From: an uncultured Neisseria sp. | Lineage (GTDB): Bacteria > Pseudomonadota > Gammaproteobacteria > Burkholderiales > Neisseriaceae | NCBI GenBank assembly: GCA_964563885.1 | Contig: CAZLYX010000002.1 | Span: 12,293 to 76,292 of the forward strand | Length of the DNA: 64,000 nucleotides | Reading direction: 5' to 3' | In this document: positions 25,109-35,012 of the stretch, in pieces | Layout: each line of letters opens with the position of its first letter | How positions within the stretch are numbered: position 1 is the first letter of the stretch | Notes under the pieces: model-generated | Told to the model about the DNA's origin: nothing | The model's input: the letters and a program-made list of their open reading frames with translations, nothing else | Database searches by the model: none | Made by a program: the position numbers and the translations under genes

Positions 25109-25120
25109 TTCAGGTAGCTT
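25109..25120 (-). repeat. DUS variant (AAGCTACCTGAA) upstream of proS
   Basis: gtTTCAGGTAGCTTc. Confidence 0.85.
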
Positions 25121-25174
25121 CAAATATTTGCTACAATGCCGCATCTTTAGACATTAAGCAAATGAAGCCAAACC

Positions 25175-26884
25175 ATGAGAGCCAGTCAATTTTTTATCTC
25201 CACCTTAAAAGAAGCGCCTGCTGAAGCAACGCTGCCCAGCCACCAACTTATGTTGCGTGCTGGTTTAATTAAAGGCATTGCTTCTGGCCTTTATACTTGG
25301 ATGCCGATGGGCTTGCGTGTGTTGCGTAAAGTAGAGGTGATTGTACGCGAAGAAATGAATAACGCTGGCGCAGTAGAATTGATGATGCCAGTGGTGCAGC
25401 CCGCTGAATTATGGCAAGAAAGTGGTCGCTGGGAGAAGTATGGTAAAGAGTTGTTGCGCATCAAGGATAGACACGATCGCGATTTTTGTATGGGTCCTAC
25501 TTGTGAAGAAGTGATTACTGACATTGTGCGCAAAGAAGTCACCAGCTATAAACAGTTGCCGCTGAATTTTTATCATATTCAAACTAAGTTTCGCGATGAG
25601 GTGCGCCCACGTTTTGGCGTGATGCGAGCGCGTGAATTTGTAATGAAAGACGCGTATTCATTTCATGCTGACTTTGAATCATTAAAAGTCGGATATCAAA
25701 ATATGTATGACGCTTATTGTCGCGTATTTGATCGCTTAGGCCTAAATTATCGTGCTGTAGCTGCTGATACGGGCAGCATTGGTGGCACAGGCTCGCATGA
25801 GTTTCAAGTGTTGGCCGAAAGTGGCGAAGATGTGGTGGCGTATAGTGATGGTTCAGATTATGCTGCCAACGTTGAATTAGCACCTACGTTACGTCAAACG
25901 GGTGAGCGTGCTGTTGCTGGTGCAGAGTTGACCAAAATACAAACGCTCAACACCAAAACCATTGCTGAGTTGGTGCAGTATTTAAATATACCTATTGAGA
26001 AAACGCTTAAATCAATTGTGGTTGAGAGCGAAAAAGAAGGCGAATTGGTTTTATTATTGTTGCGGGGCGAGCATGAATTTAACGATATCAAGGCAGAAAA
26101 ATTAGAAGGCGTAAAATCACCATTGTGTATGGCCGCACCTGCTGATATTCAGGTGGCTTTTGGTGCTAACGGCGGCTCGCTTGGCCCAGTTGGTTTCCAA
26201 GGTAAAGTATATGCCGATTATGCTGTTGAAATGGGTGCAGATTGGGTGATTGGCGCTAATCAAGATGATTACCACTATACTGGTTTTAACTTTGGTCGCG
26301 ATGCTGCTGAGCCAGAGTTTGTTGACTTACGTAACGTGGTAGAAGGCGATGCTAGCCCCGATGGTCAAGGCTACCTGAAGCTGGCGCGTGGCATTGAAGT
26401 AGGGCACGTGTTTCAATTGCGCACTCAATATTCTGAAGCATTACAAGCTAAATTTTTAGACAATAATGGTAAAAGCCAGATCATGGAAATGGGTTGTTAT
26501 GGTATTGGCGTTACCCGCGTGGTGGCGGCGGCAATTGAACAAAACTTTGACGAGCGTGGCATTATTTGGAGCGACGCAATGGCACCGTTTACTGTAGTGA
26601 TTGTGCCCATGAATTACAAAAAATCAGATGCTGTGCGCGAAGCTGCAGAACGTATTTATGCTGAATTGAAAACAGCGGGTGTTGATGTGTTGTTAGACGA
26701 TCGTGATGAGCGTGCTGGCGTATTATTGAATGATTCTGAATTATTGGGTATTCCGCACCGCATTGCAATTGGCGACCGTGGCTTGAAAGAAAATATGGTT
26801 GAATACCGTGCTCGCTGTGCTGAAGAAAATGAGAATATTGGTATTGACAATATCGTTGATAAAATATTGACAACGATTAAATAA
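25175..26884 (+). CDS. proS: Proline--tRNA ligase
   Basis: It is a full-length bacterial-type ProRS with class II motifs ([26 protein letters not shown]) and an INS editing domain. One in-frame exact DUS is present (GYLK). Confidence 0.97.
   Translation: MRASQFFISTLKEAPAEATLPSHQLMLRAGLIKGIASGLYTWMPMGLRVLRKVEVIVREEMNNAGAVELMMPVVQPAELWQESGRWEKYGKELLRIKDRHDRDFCMGPTCEEVITDIVRKEVTSYKQLPLNFYHIQTKFRDEVRPRFGVMRAREFVMKDAYSFHADFESLKVGYQNMYDAYCRVFDRLGLNYRAVAADTGSIGGTGSHEFQVLAESGEDVVAYSDGSDYAANVELAPTLRQTGERAVAGAELTKIQTLNTKTIAELVQYLNIPIEKTLKSIVVESEKEGELVLLLLRGEHEFNDIKAEKLEGVKSPLCMAAPADIQVAFGANGGSLGPVGFQGKVYADYAVEMGADWVIGANQDDYHYTGFNFGRDAAEPEFVDLRNVVEGDASPDGQGYLKLARGIEVGHVFQLRTQYSEALQAKFLDNNGKSQIMEMGCYGIGVTRVVAAAIEQNFDERGIIWSDAMAPFTVVIVPMNYKKSDAVREAAERIYAELKTAGVDVLLDDRDERAGVLLNDSELLGIPHRIAIGDRGLKENMVEYRARCAEENENIGIDNIVDKILTTIK
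26368..26379 (+). repeat. DUS exact copy inside proS
   Basis: AGGCTACCTGAA read as GYLK. Confidence 0.9.
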
Positions 26885-26901
26885 TATACCCCTTTACTAA
26901 A

Positions 26902-26928
26902 AGACTACCTGAACGTTTTAGGTAGCTT
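26902..26928. terminator. Decayed DUS pair / terminator after proS
   Basis: aaaAGACTACCTGAAcgtTTTAGGTAGCTTtttt, with one mismatch per arm. Confidence 0.65.
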
Positions 26929-27015
26929 TTTTGTTTGAATATGCAGGAATTGATGGCAAGATTATCAAATAAGATGCACAATATTTCAGGTATTCTATTG
27001 CATAATAGAATGCTG

Positions 27016-27060
27016 TTAATAGATTTTGAATTAATAGATTTTGAATTAATAGATTTTGAA
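27016..27060. repeat. Perfect 3 x 15-bp tandem repeat (TTAATAGATTTTGAA)
   Basis: Read directly. It ends 20 nt before the start codon of the FAH-family gene. Confidence 0.9.
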
Positions 27061-27080
27061 TATTTTTTGAAAGAACCGTT

Positions 27081-27731
27081 ATGGCTGATGTTATTTTAGA
27101 AAACCAAGTTGTACGTGTGAATAATATTTTTTGCATCGGCCGTAATTATGTCGATCATGTGGCTGAGTTAAAAAATGAAGCCAGCGCAGAACCAGTGGTG
27201 TTTATGAAGCCAAATAACAGCATTTTGCTCAATGGCGAGACTATTCAATTACCATCGTACAGCGATTCAGTACATTACGAATGTGAGCTGACTTTACTTA
27301 TTGGGCAAGACCTTGATGCTGATTGGTCTGGGGATGATTTGTCCGCCATTAGCGGTTATGGAGTTGGACTAGATTTAACCGCTCGCGATGTACAAACCTA
27401 CCTGAAAGAAAAACAATTGCCGTGGACAAAAGGCAAAGGCTTTCGTGGCGCTGCGTGCATGTCAGATTTTATTGCATCTTCCAAAATCGCTAATCCTCAG
27501 CAAACAGAGTTTACTTTAAAACTGAATGGCCAATTGCGCCAACATGGCCACACTGACCATATGGTTTATTCATTGACAGCGATATTAAAAGAGCTGGCAA
27601 CGAGCTATGGTTTGCGCGCGGGAGATGTGATTTTCACAGGCACGCCAGCGGGAGTAGGCAAACTGCATTCTGGCGATGAGCTGGTTTTAGATTTGGCAGG
27701 CTTAGTACAGGCCAAATTTAAAGTAGCTTAA
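27081..27731 (+). CDS. Fumarylacetoacetate hydrolase (FAH) family protein
   Basis: IFCIGRNYVDHVAEL, HYECELTLLIG and VIFTGTPAGVG are FAH-fold blocks. Confidence 0.85.
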   Translation: MADVILENQVVRVNNIFCIGRNYVDHVAELKNEASAEPVVFMKPNNSILLNGETIQLPSYSDSVHYECELTLLIGQDLDADWSGDDLSAISGYGVGLDLTARDVQTYLKEKQLPWTKGKGFRGAACMSDFIASSKIANPQQTEFTLKLNGQLRQHGHTDHMVYSLTAILKELATSYGLRAGDVIFTGTPAGVGKLHSGDELVLDLAGLVQAKFKVA

Positions 27732-27880
27732 GGGTTATATACTTAAAAGAAGCATTGGTTCTTTGTCTCTAACTGTAGCTTGTCGTAGAATACCTTTCGA
27801 TACTTTATGACCATATTTTAATAAACTAAGCTCGATTAACCAATCAAATAAAAAATAAAACCAAGCACTTAGGAGTTATT

Positions 27881-28717
27881 ATGCTAAAAAAATTCATTCT
27901 CGGAAGCATGGCTACATTGGTTTTGGCTGCATGTGGCCAACAAGCTGGTAGCAATACAGCTTCGTCAACTGCCTCATCGCCAGCAGCCAGTGCAACAGCG
28001 GGCCCATTGTTAGAGAGCATTAATAATAAAGGCACCATCACTGTTGGCACAGAAGGCACTTATGCACCGTTTACTTACCATGATCAGAGCGGCAAGCTCA
28101 CTGGCTATGATGTTGAAGTGACTCGCGCAGTGGCGCAAAAGCTTGGCGTGCAAGTTGATTTTAAAGAAACCCAGTGGGATGCAATGTTAGCAGGCTTGAA
28201 AGCAGGTCGTTTTGATACAGTGGCGAATCAAGTAAGTTTAACCACACCTGAGCGTCGGGCTGTTTTTGATAAATCTGCTGACTATAGTTATTCTGGCCCG
28301 ATGATGTTGGTGCGCCAAGATGAAACTCGCTTGAAAGATTTGGCATCTATTAAAGGTGTAAAAACAGCACAAACTTTGAGCAGTAATTATGGTGAAATGG
28401 CTGTTAAAGCAGGCGCAGAAGTTGTGCCAGTAGATGGCATGGCACAAGCACTGATTTTGGTACAGCAAAAGCGTGCCGATTTAACCCTCAATGACTCGTT
28501 GGCATTTCTTGATTATCTAAAAAAGAGCCCAAATTCTGGTTTAAAAGTGGCTTGGCGTGCTGGTGAAGATGAAAAAATTGGTGCTGGATTTATTGTTAAT
28601 AAAGGCAATGATGAAGCGTTGGCAAAAATAAGCGAAGCCGTAGAAACATTACGTGCTGACGGTACGTTGAAAAAACTTGGCGAACAATTTTTTGGTGAAG
28701 ACGTTAGTGTTAAATGA
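27881..28717 (+). CDS. Amino-acid ABC transporter substrate-binding lipoprotein (cystine-binding type)
   Basis: It has a lipobox (LAAC|GQ). The block TITVGTEGTYAPFTYHDQSGKLTGYDVEV...WDAMLAGLKAGRFD matches PBP family 3. Confidence 0.8.
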   Translation: MLKKFILGSMATLVLAACGQQAGSNTASSTASSPAASATAGPLLESINNKGTITVGTEGTYAPFTYHDQSGKLTGYDVEVTRAVAQKLGVQVDFKETQWDAMLAGLKAGRFDTVANQVSLTTPERRAVFDKSADYSYSGPMMLVRQDETRLKDLASIKGVKTAQTLSSNYGEMAVKAGAEVVPVDGMAQALILVQQKRADLTLNDSLAFLDYLKKSPNSGLKVAWRAGEDEKIGAGFIVNKGNDEALAKISEAVETLRADGTLKKLGEQFFGEDVSVK

Positions 28718-28739
28718 TTTATTGACCACGATTCCGTTT

Positions 28740-29423
28740 ATGACCGAGGCGCGAGCGACCTTGGTCATAAACGCGTTTTGGCCTATGGTTAAGGCAGGTT
28801 TTTTATACTCTTTGCCCTTGGCGCTAGTATCGTTTTCCATCGGCATTGTGATTGCTTTGGCGGTAGCATTGGTGCGCACAGTGCCTGTAGCAGGTATGGC
28901 ACACCGCATAGTGTTGGGCTTAGTAAGATTTTATGTTTCTGCTATTCGGGGCACGCCGTTGTTGGTGCAGTTGATGATTGTGTTTTATGGTTTACCTGCC
29001 ATTGGTATTACCTTAAACCCGTTGCCAACCGCCATTATTGGTTTTTCACTGAATATCGGTGCTTATGCTTCAGAAACCATCCGTGCTGCTATTTTGTCGG
29101 TGCCAAAAGGTCAATGGGAAGCAGGTTTTACTATTGGTATGACTTACATGCAAACTTTTCGCCGCATCATCTTGCCACAAGCGTTTCGTGTGTCAGTACC
29201 GCCGTTGTCAAACACATTCATCAGTTTATTTAAAGACACTTCGCTTGCATCAGTGGTGACCATTACTGAATTATTTCGAGTGGCGCAACAAGTTGCCAAC
29301 AGCAGCTATGATTTTTTGCCTGTGTATATTGAAGCAGGTTTAATTTATTGGGCATTTTGTTTTGTGTTGTTTATGATTCAATCGCGTTTAGAAGTACGGC
29401 TAGACCGTTACATTGCTCGATAA
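28740..29423 (+). CDS. Amino-acid ABC transporter permease
   Basis: It has the HisM/GlnP-type permease EAA region (NIGAYASETIRAAILSVPKGQWEA). The start at 28740 is the first in-frame ATG after the upstream stop and is uncertain. Confidence 0.8.
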   Translation: MTEARATLVINAFWPMVKAGFLYSLPLALVSFSIGIVIALAVALVRTVPVAGMAHRIVLGLVRFYVSAIRGTPLLVQLMIVFYGLPAIGITLNPLPTAIIGFSLNIGAYASETIRAAILSVPKGQWEAGFTIGMTYMQTFRRIILPQAFRVSVPPLSNTFISLFKDTSLASVVTITELFRVAQQVANSSYDFLPVYIEAGLIYWAFCFVLFMIQSRLEVRLDRYIAR

Positions 29424-29434
29424 AGGACAAAATA

Positions 29435-30190
29435 ATGATTAAAATCCGCAATATCCATAAAGCATTTGGTGATAATCATATTTTGCGTGGCATTGATTTA
29501 GAGATTAACAAAGGCCAAGTAGTGGTAATTTTAGGCCCTTCGGGCTCAGGAAAAACCACGCTGCTGCGCTGCCTGAATGCGTTAGAAATTCCGCAACAAG
29601 GCACGATTGAATTTGACGGCGCTCAGCCATTAAAAATAGATTTTGGTGCTAAATTATCTAAAAAAGACATTTTGGCATTGCGCCGAAAATCGGGTATGGT
29701 GTTTCAGCAATATAATTTATTCCCACACAAAACGGCATTAGAAAATGTAATGGAAGGCCCTGTTTTGGTGCAAAACAAGCAGCCAACACAAGCGCGCGCT
29801 GAAGCATTAAAACTGCTGGCAAAAGTGGGGTTAAGTGATAAAGTTGATTTGTATCCTTTTCAGCTATCTGGTGGCCAACAACAGCGAGTTGGTATTGCGC
29901 GGGCTTTGGCCATTCAGCCTGAGTTAATGCTGTTTGATGAGCCAACTTCAGCACTTGATCCTGAGCTAATAGAAGATGTATTGAATACGATGAAAGCATT
30001 GGTGCAAGAAGGTTGGACAATGGTGGTGGTAACGCATGAAATCAAATTTGCAATGGATGTGGCAGATTCTGTGGTAGTGATGGATGAGGGTGTGATTGTG
30101 GAGCAGGGCGCGCCCAAAGTGTTGTTCGAGCATCCGCAACATGAACGCACTAAACGGTTTCTACGCCAAATTCGCGTTAAGGCAGATTAA
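29435..30190 (+). CDS. Amino-acid ABC transporter ATP-binding protein
   Basis: The start was moved to the ATG at 29435 (MIKIRNIHKAFG). It has Walker A (GPSGSGKTT), the signature LSGGQQQR and Walker B (MLFDEPTSALD). Confidence 0.92.
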   Translation: MIKIRNIHKAFGDNHILRGIDLEINKGQVVVILGPSGSGKTTLLRCLNALEIPQQGTIEFDGAQPLKIDFGAKLSKKDILALRRKSGMVFQQYNLFPHKTALENVMEGPVLVQNKQPTQARAEALKLLAKVGLSDKVDLYPFQLSGGQQQRVGIARALAIQPELMLFDEPTSALDPELIEDVLNTMKALVQEGWTMVVVTHEIKFAMDVADSVVVMDEGVIVEQGAPKVLFEHPQHERTKRFLRQIRVKAD

Positions 30191-30227
30191 GTTTATTGAC
30201 TATAAATGCTTAACTTAAATATTAAAA

Positions 30228-30257
30228 AGGCTACCTGAACATATGTTCAGGTAGCCT
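30228..30257. terminator. Exact DUS inverted pair
   Basis: aAGGCTACCTGAAcatatgTTCAGGTAGCCTtttt. Confidence 0.88.
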
Positions 30258-30284
30258 TTTTGCGTCATATTAAAAAAAATTAAT

Positions 30285-30827
30285 TTAGCGTTTGTTATTC
30301 AAAATCTCATCATAATCTTTTTGGCTCAGATAGTGTGCTTGATAATCAGAACCCTCTGCGTGCAAGGTGCGTACAAAAGCATTCAGATGTTTGTATGAGC
30401 CCCGTAGGAGATTATTGTAAACCTGTTGTTCGCGAGGATTATTGCTTGAGGCAATCGCATTATTTAAATCAAAAATATCTTTGTCTTCAATGGTAGCGCC
30501 GACTTGTAATGCATCAATTAGACTTTTTTCACCTTTAGTCATCAAGTTGTTGTAAAGAGATTGCGTATCGGGATCGCTAAACTTACCAGCTGCAGAAATA
30601 AGTAGAGCAGCACCACGCAAACGCTCAACTGAGGCTAAGTGACGGCTTTCGCTTTGGCTAATGTTGAGAAATACTGGATGTTGCCAGCGTTGATATAGCT
30701 TCTGATAAACATCGGGTGCTAGCTTTTCGTCTTGAGCGATTAAGGTGGCATTGTCTGCAGCGTGAGCCATTACTGGTGCGGCAATAAGTGCCATCAACAT
30801 GGTAATCATCGTAAAATATTTTTTCAT
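30285..30827 (-). CDS. Secreted ferritin-like DUF2202 family protein
   Basis: It has a signal peptide (AAPVMAHA). The ESRHLASVERL motif resembles DUF2202. Confidence 0.5.
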   Translation of the reverse strand: MKKYFTMITMLMALIAAPVMAHAADNATLIAQDEKLAPDVYQKLYQRWQHPVFLNISQSESRHLASVERLRGAALLISAAGKFSDPDTQSLYNNLMTKGEKSLIDALQVGATIEDKDIFDLNNAIASSNNPREQQVYNNLLRGSYKHLNAFVRTLHAEGSDYQAHYLSQKDYDEILNNKR

Positions 30828-31111
30828 TTCAGCTCCTTAAAGAAAGTGATCAAAAAAGCTTTGTATCACATATTAATGAACTTAGAGTAAGGTAAGGCAA
30901 CATGGCTGTCAAGGCTAGGTTCAGTAGTAATATGTTAAGAAAGACAAGACAATGTAGACAAAAATGCAACATTGCACGACTGTTATTCTTTGTTTCGCAG
31001 AGTTTAGAGTAAGAATAAGCTAAATAAACGGCTTGAATCATTTCCTCATTTGATTATGACAACGCTTGATTTATACTTAAGTTATTGAAAAAAATATAAG
31101 GGTAAACACTC

Positions 31112-31699
31112 ATGGGTTGGATGATTTTGCTGGTTTTATTAACTGTTTTTGTAGGCTTGCCGATTGTGATTTATAACCGACTGGTGGCACGAAAAAACGA
31201 ATATCTCAACGCGTTCGCACAAGTTCAAGTGCAGCTAAAGCGCCGCTATGATTTAATTCCAAATTTGGTTGAAGCTGCTAAAGCTTATTTAGTGCATGAA
31301 AGTGGTACTCTTGAGGCGGTTGTTCGTGCTCGTTCCTCTGCAGAAAAAAGCTTGGAAGCCGCTGCCGCTTCGCCTAATACTGCGGCGTTGGCTTCGCTGA
31401 TGCAACAAGAATCATTATTGAGTGGTGCGTTAAAAAATTTAAATGTAGTGATGGAAGCTTATCCAGAGTTGAAGGCTGCAGCTACCGTGGCCGACTTAAC
31501 TGAATCATTGGAAACCACAGAGAATCGAGTTGGTTTCGCTCGCCAAGCTTATAACGATGCGGTTACTGATTACAATGTTACTCGCCAAAGTTTTCCAGCC
31601 AGCTTATTAGCAGACTTTTTTGGGCACAAAAAAAATGCAGTACCATTACAATTTGATGATACGGCCACGATTCAACATGCGCCTAAAATCAGACTTTAG
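31112..31699 (+). CDS. lemA: LemA family protein
   Basis: It has an N-terminal TM helix and the conserved blocks YNRLV...KNE and QLKRRYDLIPNLVE...YNDAVTDYN. Confidence 0.88.
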   Translation: MGWMILLVLLTVFVGLPIVIYNRLVARKNEYLNAFAQVQVQLKRRYDLIPNLVEAAKAYLVHESGTLEAVVRARSSAEKSLEAAAASPNTAALASLMQQESLLSGALKNLNVVMEAYPELKAAATVADLTESLETTENRVGFARQAYNDAVTDYNVTRQSFPASLLADFFGHKKNAVPLQFDDTATIQHAPKIRL

Positions 31700-31713
31700 C
31701 AGCTGGTTTTATT

Positions 31714-33633
31714 ATGCGTTTCTTTAAACACCAATCTCAAGCTCGCTGGCGAACCACTTGGCTGGTAATGCTGTATGCAATCGCGGTAACACTTACTATT
31801 GGTGCTTCTGCTTGGTTGCCAGTGCGCATGTTTTTTGGAGTGAATGCTCCCGTTCGTTATTATGTGTATGCTGCTTTAGCTATGTTGGCGCTTTGTGCTG
31901 GTATGGTGATCTGGCGCATGGGCAAGCTGGCAGAAGGTGGTTATGTGGTGGCACAAGCATTAGGTGGAGAGCGGCTTATTCCTGCGCAAGCCACGTTAAA
32001 TGAACGTCGATTGGTGAATATTGTTGAAGAAATGGCCATTGCTTCTGGCGTGCCCGTCCCTAAAATTTATATTTTGCCCGACGCTTCAATCAATGCTTTT
32101 GCCGCAGGCATGAGCCGTCGTGATACCGTTATCGGTATTACTCGGGGTGCTTTGCAAACGTTTAATCGCAATGAATTACAAGCCGTTGTGGCGCATGAGT
32201 TTAGTCATATTCTTAACGGCGATGTGCGTTTAAATATGCGTTTATCAGGTTGGTTGTATGGCTTACAGGGCATAAGTTCAATTGGCTTTTTTTTGCTTGA
32301 TCTTAATCAACTCAAATTTTCTGACTTATTAGATATGAGTGCTTATAACGAGCGTATCTTGAGCAACTCTTCTCGAGCTGATTATTTTACGAAAAAAAAT
32401 CTAGAAAACTGGCTGGCGCTGGGTTTATTGTCGCTGCCATTAATTTTAGTAAGTTTTTTGCTGTTGTGCATTGGCTATCTTGGCTCTCTATTTGCCAGTT
32501 GGATTCAAGCGGCGGTGAGTCGGCAGCGAGAATATTTGGCTGATGCTTCCGCAGTACAGTTTGCGCGTGACACCGAAGGTTTGACTGGCGCATTGCATAA
32601 AATATCAATGGAGCCCGTATACGGATTAGCATCTTATCACGCTGCTGAATTTGCTCATTTTATGTTTGGTAGTGTCAAAAAAGCACAGCTGTTTGAGCGC
32701 TTATCTGCTACGCATCCAACTTTATTAGAACGTATCGAGCGAGTTAGCCCCAGTAAAGCGCGTATTTATGGTCCAAGAATGAAAAGGGCATTGGCCAAGA
32801 AAAGTCGGATAGCAGCAAAAAATGGCGCTGCATGGCTTAACTCTGCTGTGGGAGCTGAGCAAGATAAATGGACGATACTGGCAGGGGAGTATGAGGGCGA
32901 AGTCACTCAAACAAGGCGTCAGCCAATATATGATTGTTTGTTAAAAATAATACAAGATTATCCAGCTCAAGAAACAATTATCTGGCAAAAGCTGCCATTG
33001 GTATGGGAAGAAGCGGTTTATGGTGAAGGGCAAACTGAGCGCTTGATGCTGGCTTGGTGCTGCTTAAATCGTGAGCAAGATGTGAGGCTACCTGAAGCCG
33101 AGTCTGAAACAAATATTGCTGATTTAATTGCTGAGCCACCGCAAGTAGATGCAGCATTGCTTTGGATAACTTTAGTATTAAAAGCTGCGTCTTTGCAGGT
33201 TGATACGCGCGTTGAGCTGCTTAACAAAGTAGCCGCTTCTACCGCTGATTCAGATATTTTATATTATGCTTATCTTTGCGCTGAAGCTTTTCTACGTTTG
33301 CCTGTACCAACTTATGGCCAGGAAAGCTGTTTGACGCATGCAGAGCAGGTGCATGATGTTTTATCGTTCGTTTACATGCAATCCAATGCCGTAGAGCGAG
33401 ACTTTAATCAAGCAGTGTTGCTCAACGGTTTGCCACAAGCGGCGGCGACTGAGCTAGCTTTAACAAGCTTTCAGGTAGCCTTAAAAGGCTTAGATGTGCT
33501 TTCGATCTTTGATCGTGAAAACATATTTTTTGCCTGCCGACAGTTAGTGGGGGCTTCCCCTAGTCTGGCACAAGCAATGCTATTAAACTATATCGGCGCC
33601 ATGTTGCTCCTTGACGAGAAAAGAATTTTTTGA
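31714..33633 (+). CDS. M48-family zinc metallopeptidase with a C-terminal extension of about 300 aa of unknown function
   Basis: It has HEFSHILNGD (HExxH) and a downstream EYLADASAVQF block, with TM helices flanking the peptidase core. It is coupled to lemA by a 14-nt gap. Two in-frame DUS copies are present. Confidence 0.8.
   Translation: MRFFKHQSQARWRTTWLVMLYAIAVTLTIGASAWLPVRMFFGVNAPVRYYVYAALAMLALCAGMVIWRMGKLAEGGYVVAQALGGERLIPAQATLNERRLVNIVEEMAIASGVPVPKIYILPDASINAFAAGMSRRDTVIGITRGALQTFNRNELQAVVAHEFSHILNGDVRLNMRLSGWLYGLQGISSIGFFLLDLNQLKFSDLLDMSAYNERILSNSSRADYFTKKNLENWLALGLLSLPLILVSFLLLCIGYLGSLFASWIQAAVSRQREYLADASAVQFARDTEGLTGALHKISMEPVYGLASYHAAEFAHFMFGSVKKAQLFERLSATHPTLLERIERVSPSKARIYGPRMKRALAKKSRIAAKNGAAWLNSAVGAEQDKWTILAGEYEGEVTQTRRQPIYDCLLKIIQDYPAQETIIWQKLPLVWEEAVYGEGQTERLMLAWCCLNREQDVRLPEAESETNIADLIAEPPQVDAALLWITLVLKAASLQVDTRVELLNKVAASTADSDILYYAYLCAEAFLRLPVPTYGQESCLTHAEQVHDVLSFVYMQSNAVERDFNQAVLLNGLPQAAATELALTSFQVALKGLDVLSIFDRENIFFACRQLVGASPSLAQAMLLNYIGAMLLLDEKRIF
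33085..33096 (+). repeat. DUS exact copy inside the M48 gene
   Basis: Read as RLPE. Confidence 0.9.
33470..33481 (-). repeat. DUS exact copy inside the M48 gene
   Basis: ttcaggtagcct, read as FQVAL. Confidence 0.9.
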
Positions 33634-33740
33634 AAGTAATCTCATCCCTAACAATTTTGTCTAAAAAAACCGCATAGCATAAGCTAAACGGTTTTTTCTT
33701 TTTTTTCTATATGGCCTCATTTTGTCATATCATCAGTTTA

Positions 33741-35012
33741 CTAAAATGGCAATTTAGTGAATATCTGCAATATCGCTGCGTTGAGGATATCTACAAAAAA
33801 TGCGCCCACCATTGGTACAATCAAAAACGCTTTATGTGATGGCAAGTAGCGATCGGTTACTGCCTGCATATTGGCAATCGCAGTCGGGGTTGCGCCCATA
33901 CCAAAACCACAATGTCCGGCTGATAAAACAGCAGCATCGTAATCTTTGCCCATAATTCTAAAGGTTATGAAGTAAGCATACATAATCATCACTAATGTTT
34001 GTACTAGCAAGATAATCAACACTGGGCCTGCTAACTCAGTCAGCTGCCATAGTTTTAATGATAAAAGCGCCATCGCTAAAAATAAACTCAAAGAAGCATT
34101 ACCAATCACATCAATGGCACGGTCAAACATATCAAAATTAAAAACTATGGTCAGTGTGTTACGAAGAACCACGCCACCTGCGAGCGCCCAAACAAATGTT
34201 GGTAACTCAATCCAAGTGCCTTTTGCCAGCATGGTCATAATATCTGCAAAAGCCAAGCAGGCAGCGAACAAGGCTAACGATTCAATAGTAGATGATGCAG
34301 TAATAAGGCGAATATTGTCTGGTTTTTCAAACATTTCTTCATTTCCACGAACCTCATTCTCACTATGTTTAGTACTGTATAAAGATTGTTCGGCTGCGAG
34401 CTTTTCTACCTCAGTTGGATTTGGATTCACTGGTGTGGGCTTTAGTCCAAGCTTTTGAATCAATCTACGTGCTACAGGGCCGCCAACCACCCCGCCTGCT
34501 ACCAATCCATAGGTTGCAGCAGCGATGCCTAATGTTGTTGCTCCAACAACACCATACTGTTCTTCTAACACAACGCCCCACGCGCCTGCCGTGCCGTGTC
34601 CGCCAGTCAGGGCAATAGAACCAGTCACCAACCCAAGCAAAGGATCAAGCCCAAGCATACTCGCCATTCCTACGCCAACAATATCCTGCAAGACAATGAA
34701 CACAGATACCACGATAGTGAAAATTATTAGTGGCGTACCACCTGCTTTAAGCCGACCAAAATCAGCGCTTAGCCCAATTGACGCAAAAAACATCAACATA
34801 GTAGCTGTTTGTAGTCCTTGGTGGAAATTAAAGCTATAACCCCAAATCACATTAAGAGCGTAAACGATCATCGCAGCAACCAAACCACCTACAACGGGCT
34901 CTGGAATATTGAAGTCTTCTAAAACTTTAATTTTCTTAATCAGAAAACGTCCAAGCAATAGCACTAATGTTGCAAATATCAGCGTGTAATATCCATTTAA
35001 TGTAATTTCCAT
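33741..35012 (-). CDS. gltS: Sodium/glutamate symporter
   Basis: It is a 423-aa polytopic protein. The N-terminus and blocks such as GHGTAGAWG and CGFGMGATPTAIANMQAV are GltS family signatures. Confidence 0.88.
   Translation of the reverse strand: MEITLNGYYTLIFATLVLLLGRFLIKKIKVLEDFNIPEPVVGGLVAAMIVYALNVIWGYSFNFHQGLQTATMLMFFASIGLSADFGRLKAGGTPLIIFTIVVSVFIVLQDIVGVGMASMLGLDPLLGLVTGSIALTGGHGTAGAWGVVLEEQYGVVGATTLGIAAATYGLVAGGVVGGPVARRLIQKLGLKPTPVNPNPTEVEKLAAEQSLYSTKHSENEVRGNEEMFEKPDNIRLITASSTIESLALFAACLAFADIMTMLAKGTWIELPTFVWALAGGVVLRNTLTIVFNFDMFDRAIDVIGNASLSLFLAMALLSLKLWQLTELAGPVLIILLVQTLVMIMYAYFITFRIMGKDYDAAVLSAGHCGFGMGATPTAIANMQAVTDRYLPSHKAFLIVPMVGAFFVDILNAAILQIFTKLPF

Noticed and set aside
24665-25174. 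This 510-bp AT-rich spacer with two perfect DnaA boxes could be the chromosomal origin (oriC).
   Set aside because: I could find only two strong boxes. There is no cluster of 4-5 or more boxes, no obvious repeated AT-rich 13-mer unwinding element, and none of the usual flanking genes (dnaA, dnaN, rpmH, gidA, parAB). I kept it as a possible DnaA-regulated or titration site instead. GC-skew analysis of the full genome would settle it.
26918-27136. A 72-aa minus-strand ORF containing IQNLLIQNLLIQNLL.
   Set aside because: The peptide repeat is simply the translation of the 3 x 15-bp tandem DNA repeat in an intergenic region. The ORF overlaps the start of the FAH gene and has no RBS.
30850-31041. 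A 63-aa minus-strand ORF between the DUF2202 gene and lemA.
   Set aside because: It lies in a divergent promoter region, has no RBS, and its hydrophobic low-complexity sequence is typical of AT-rich non-coding translation.
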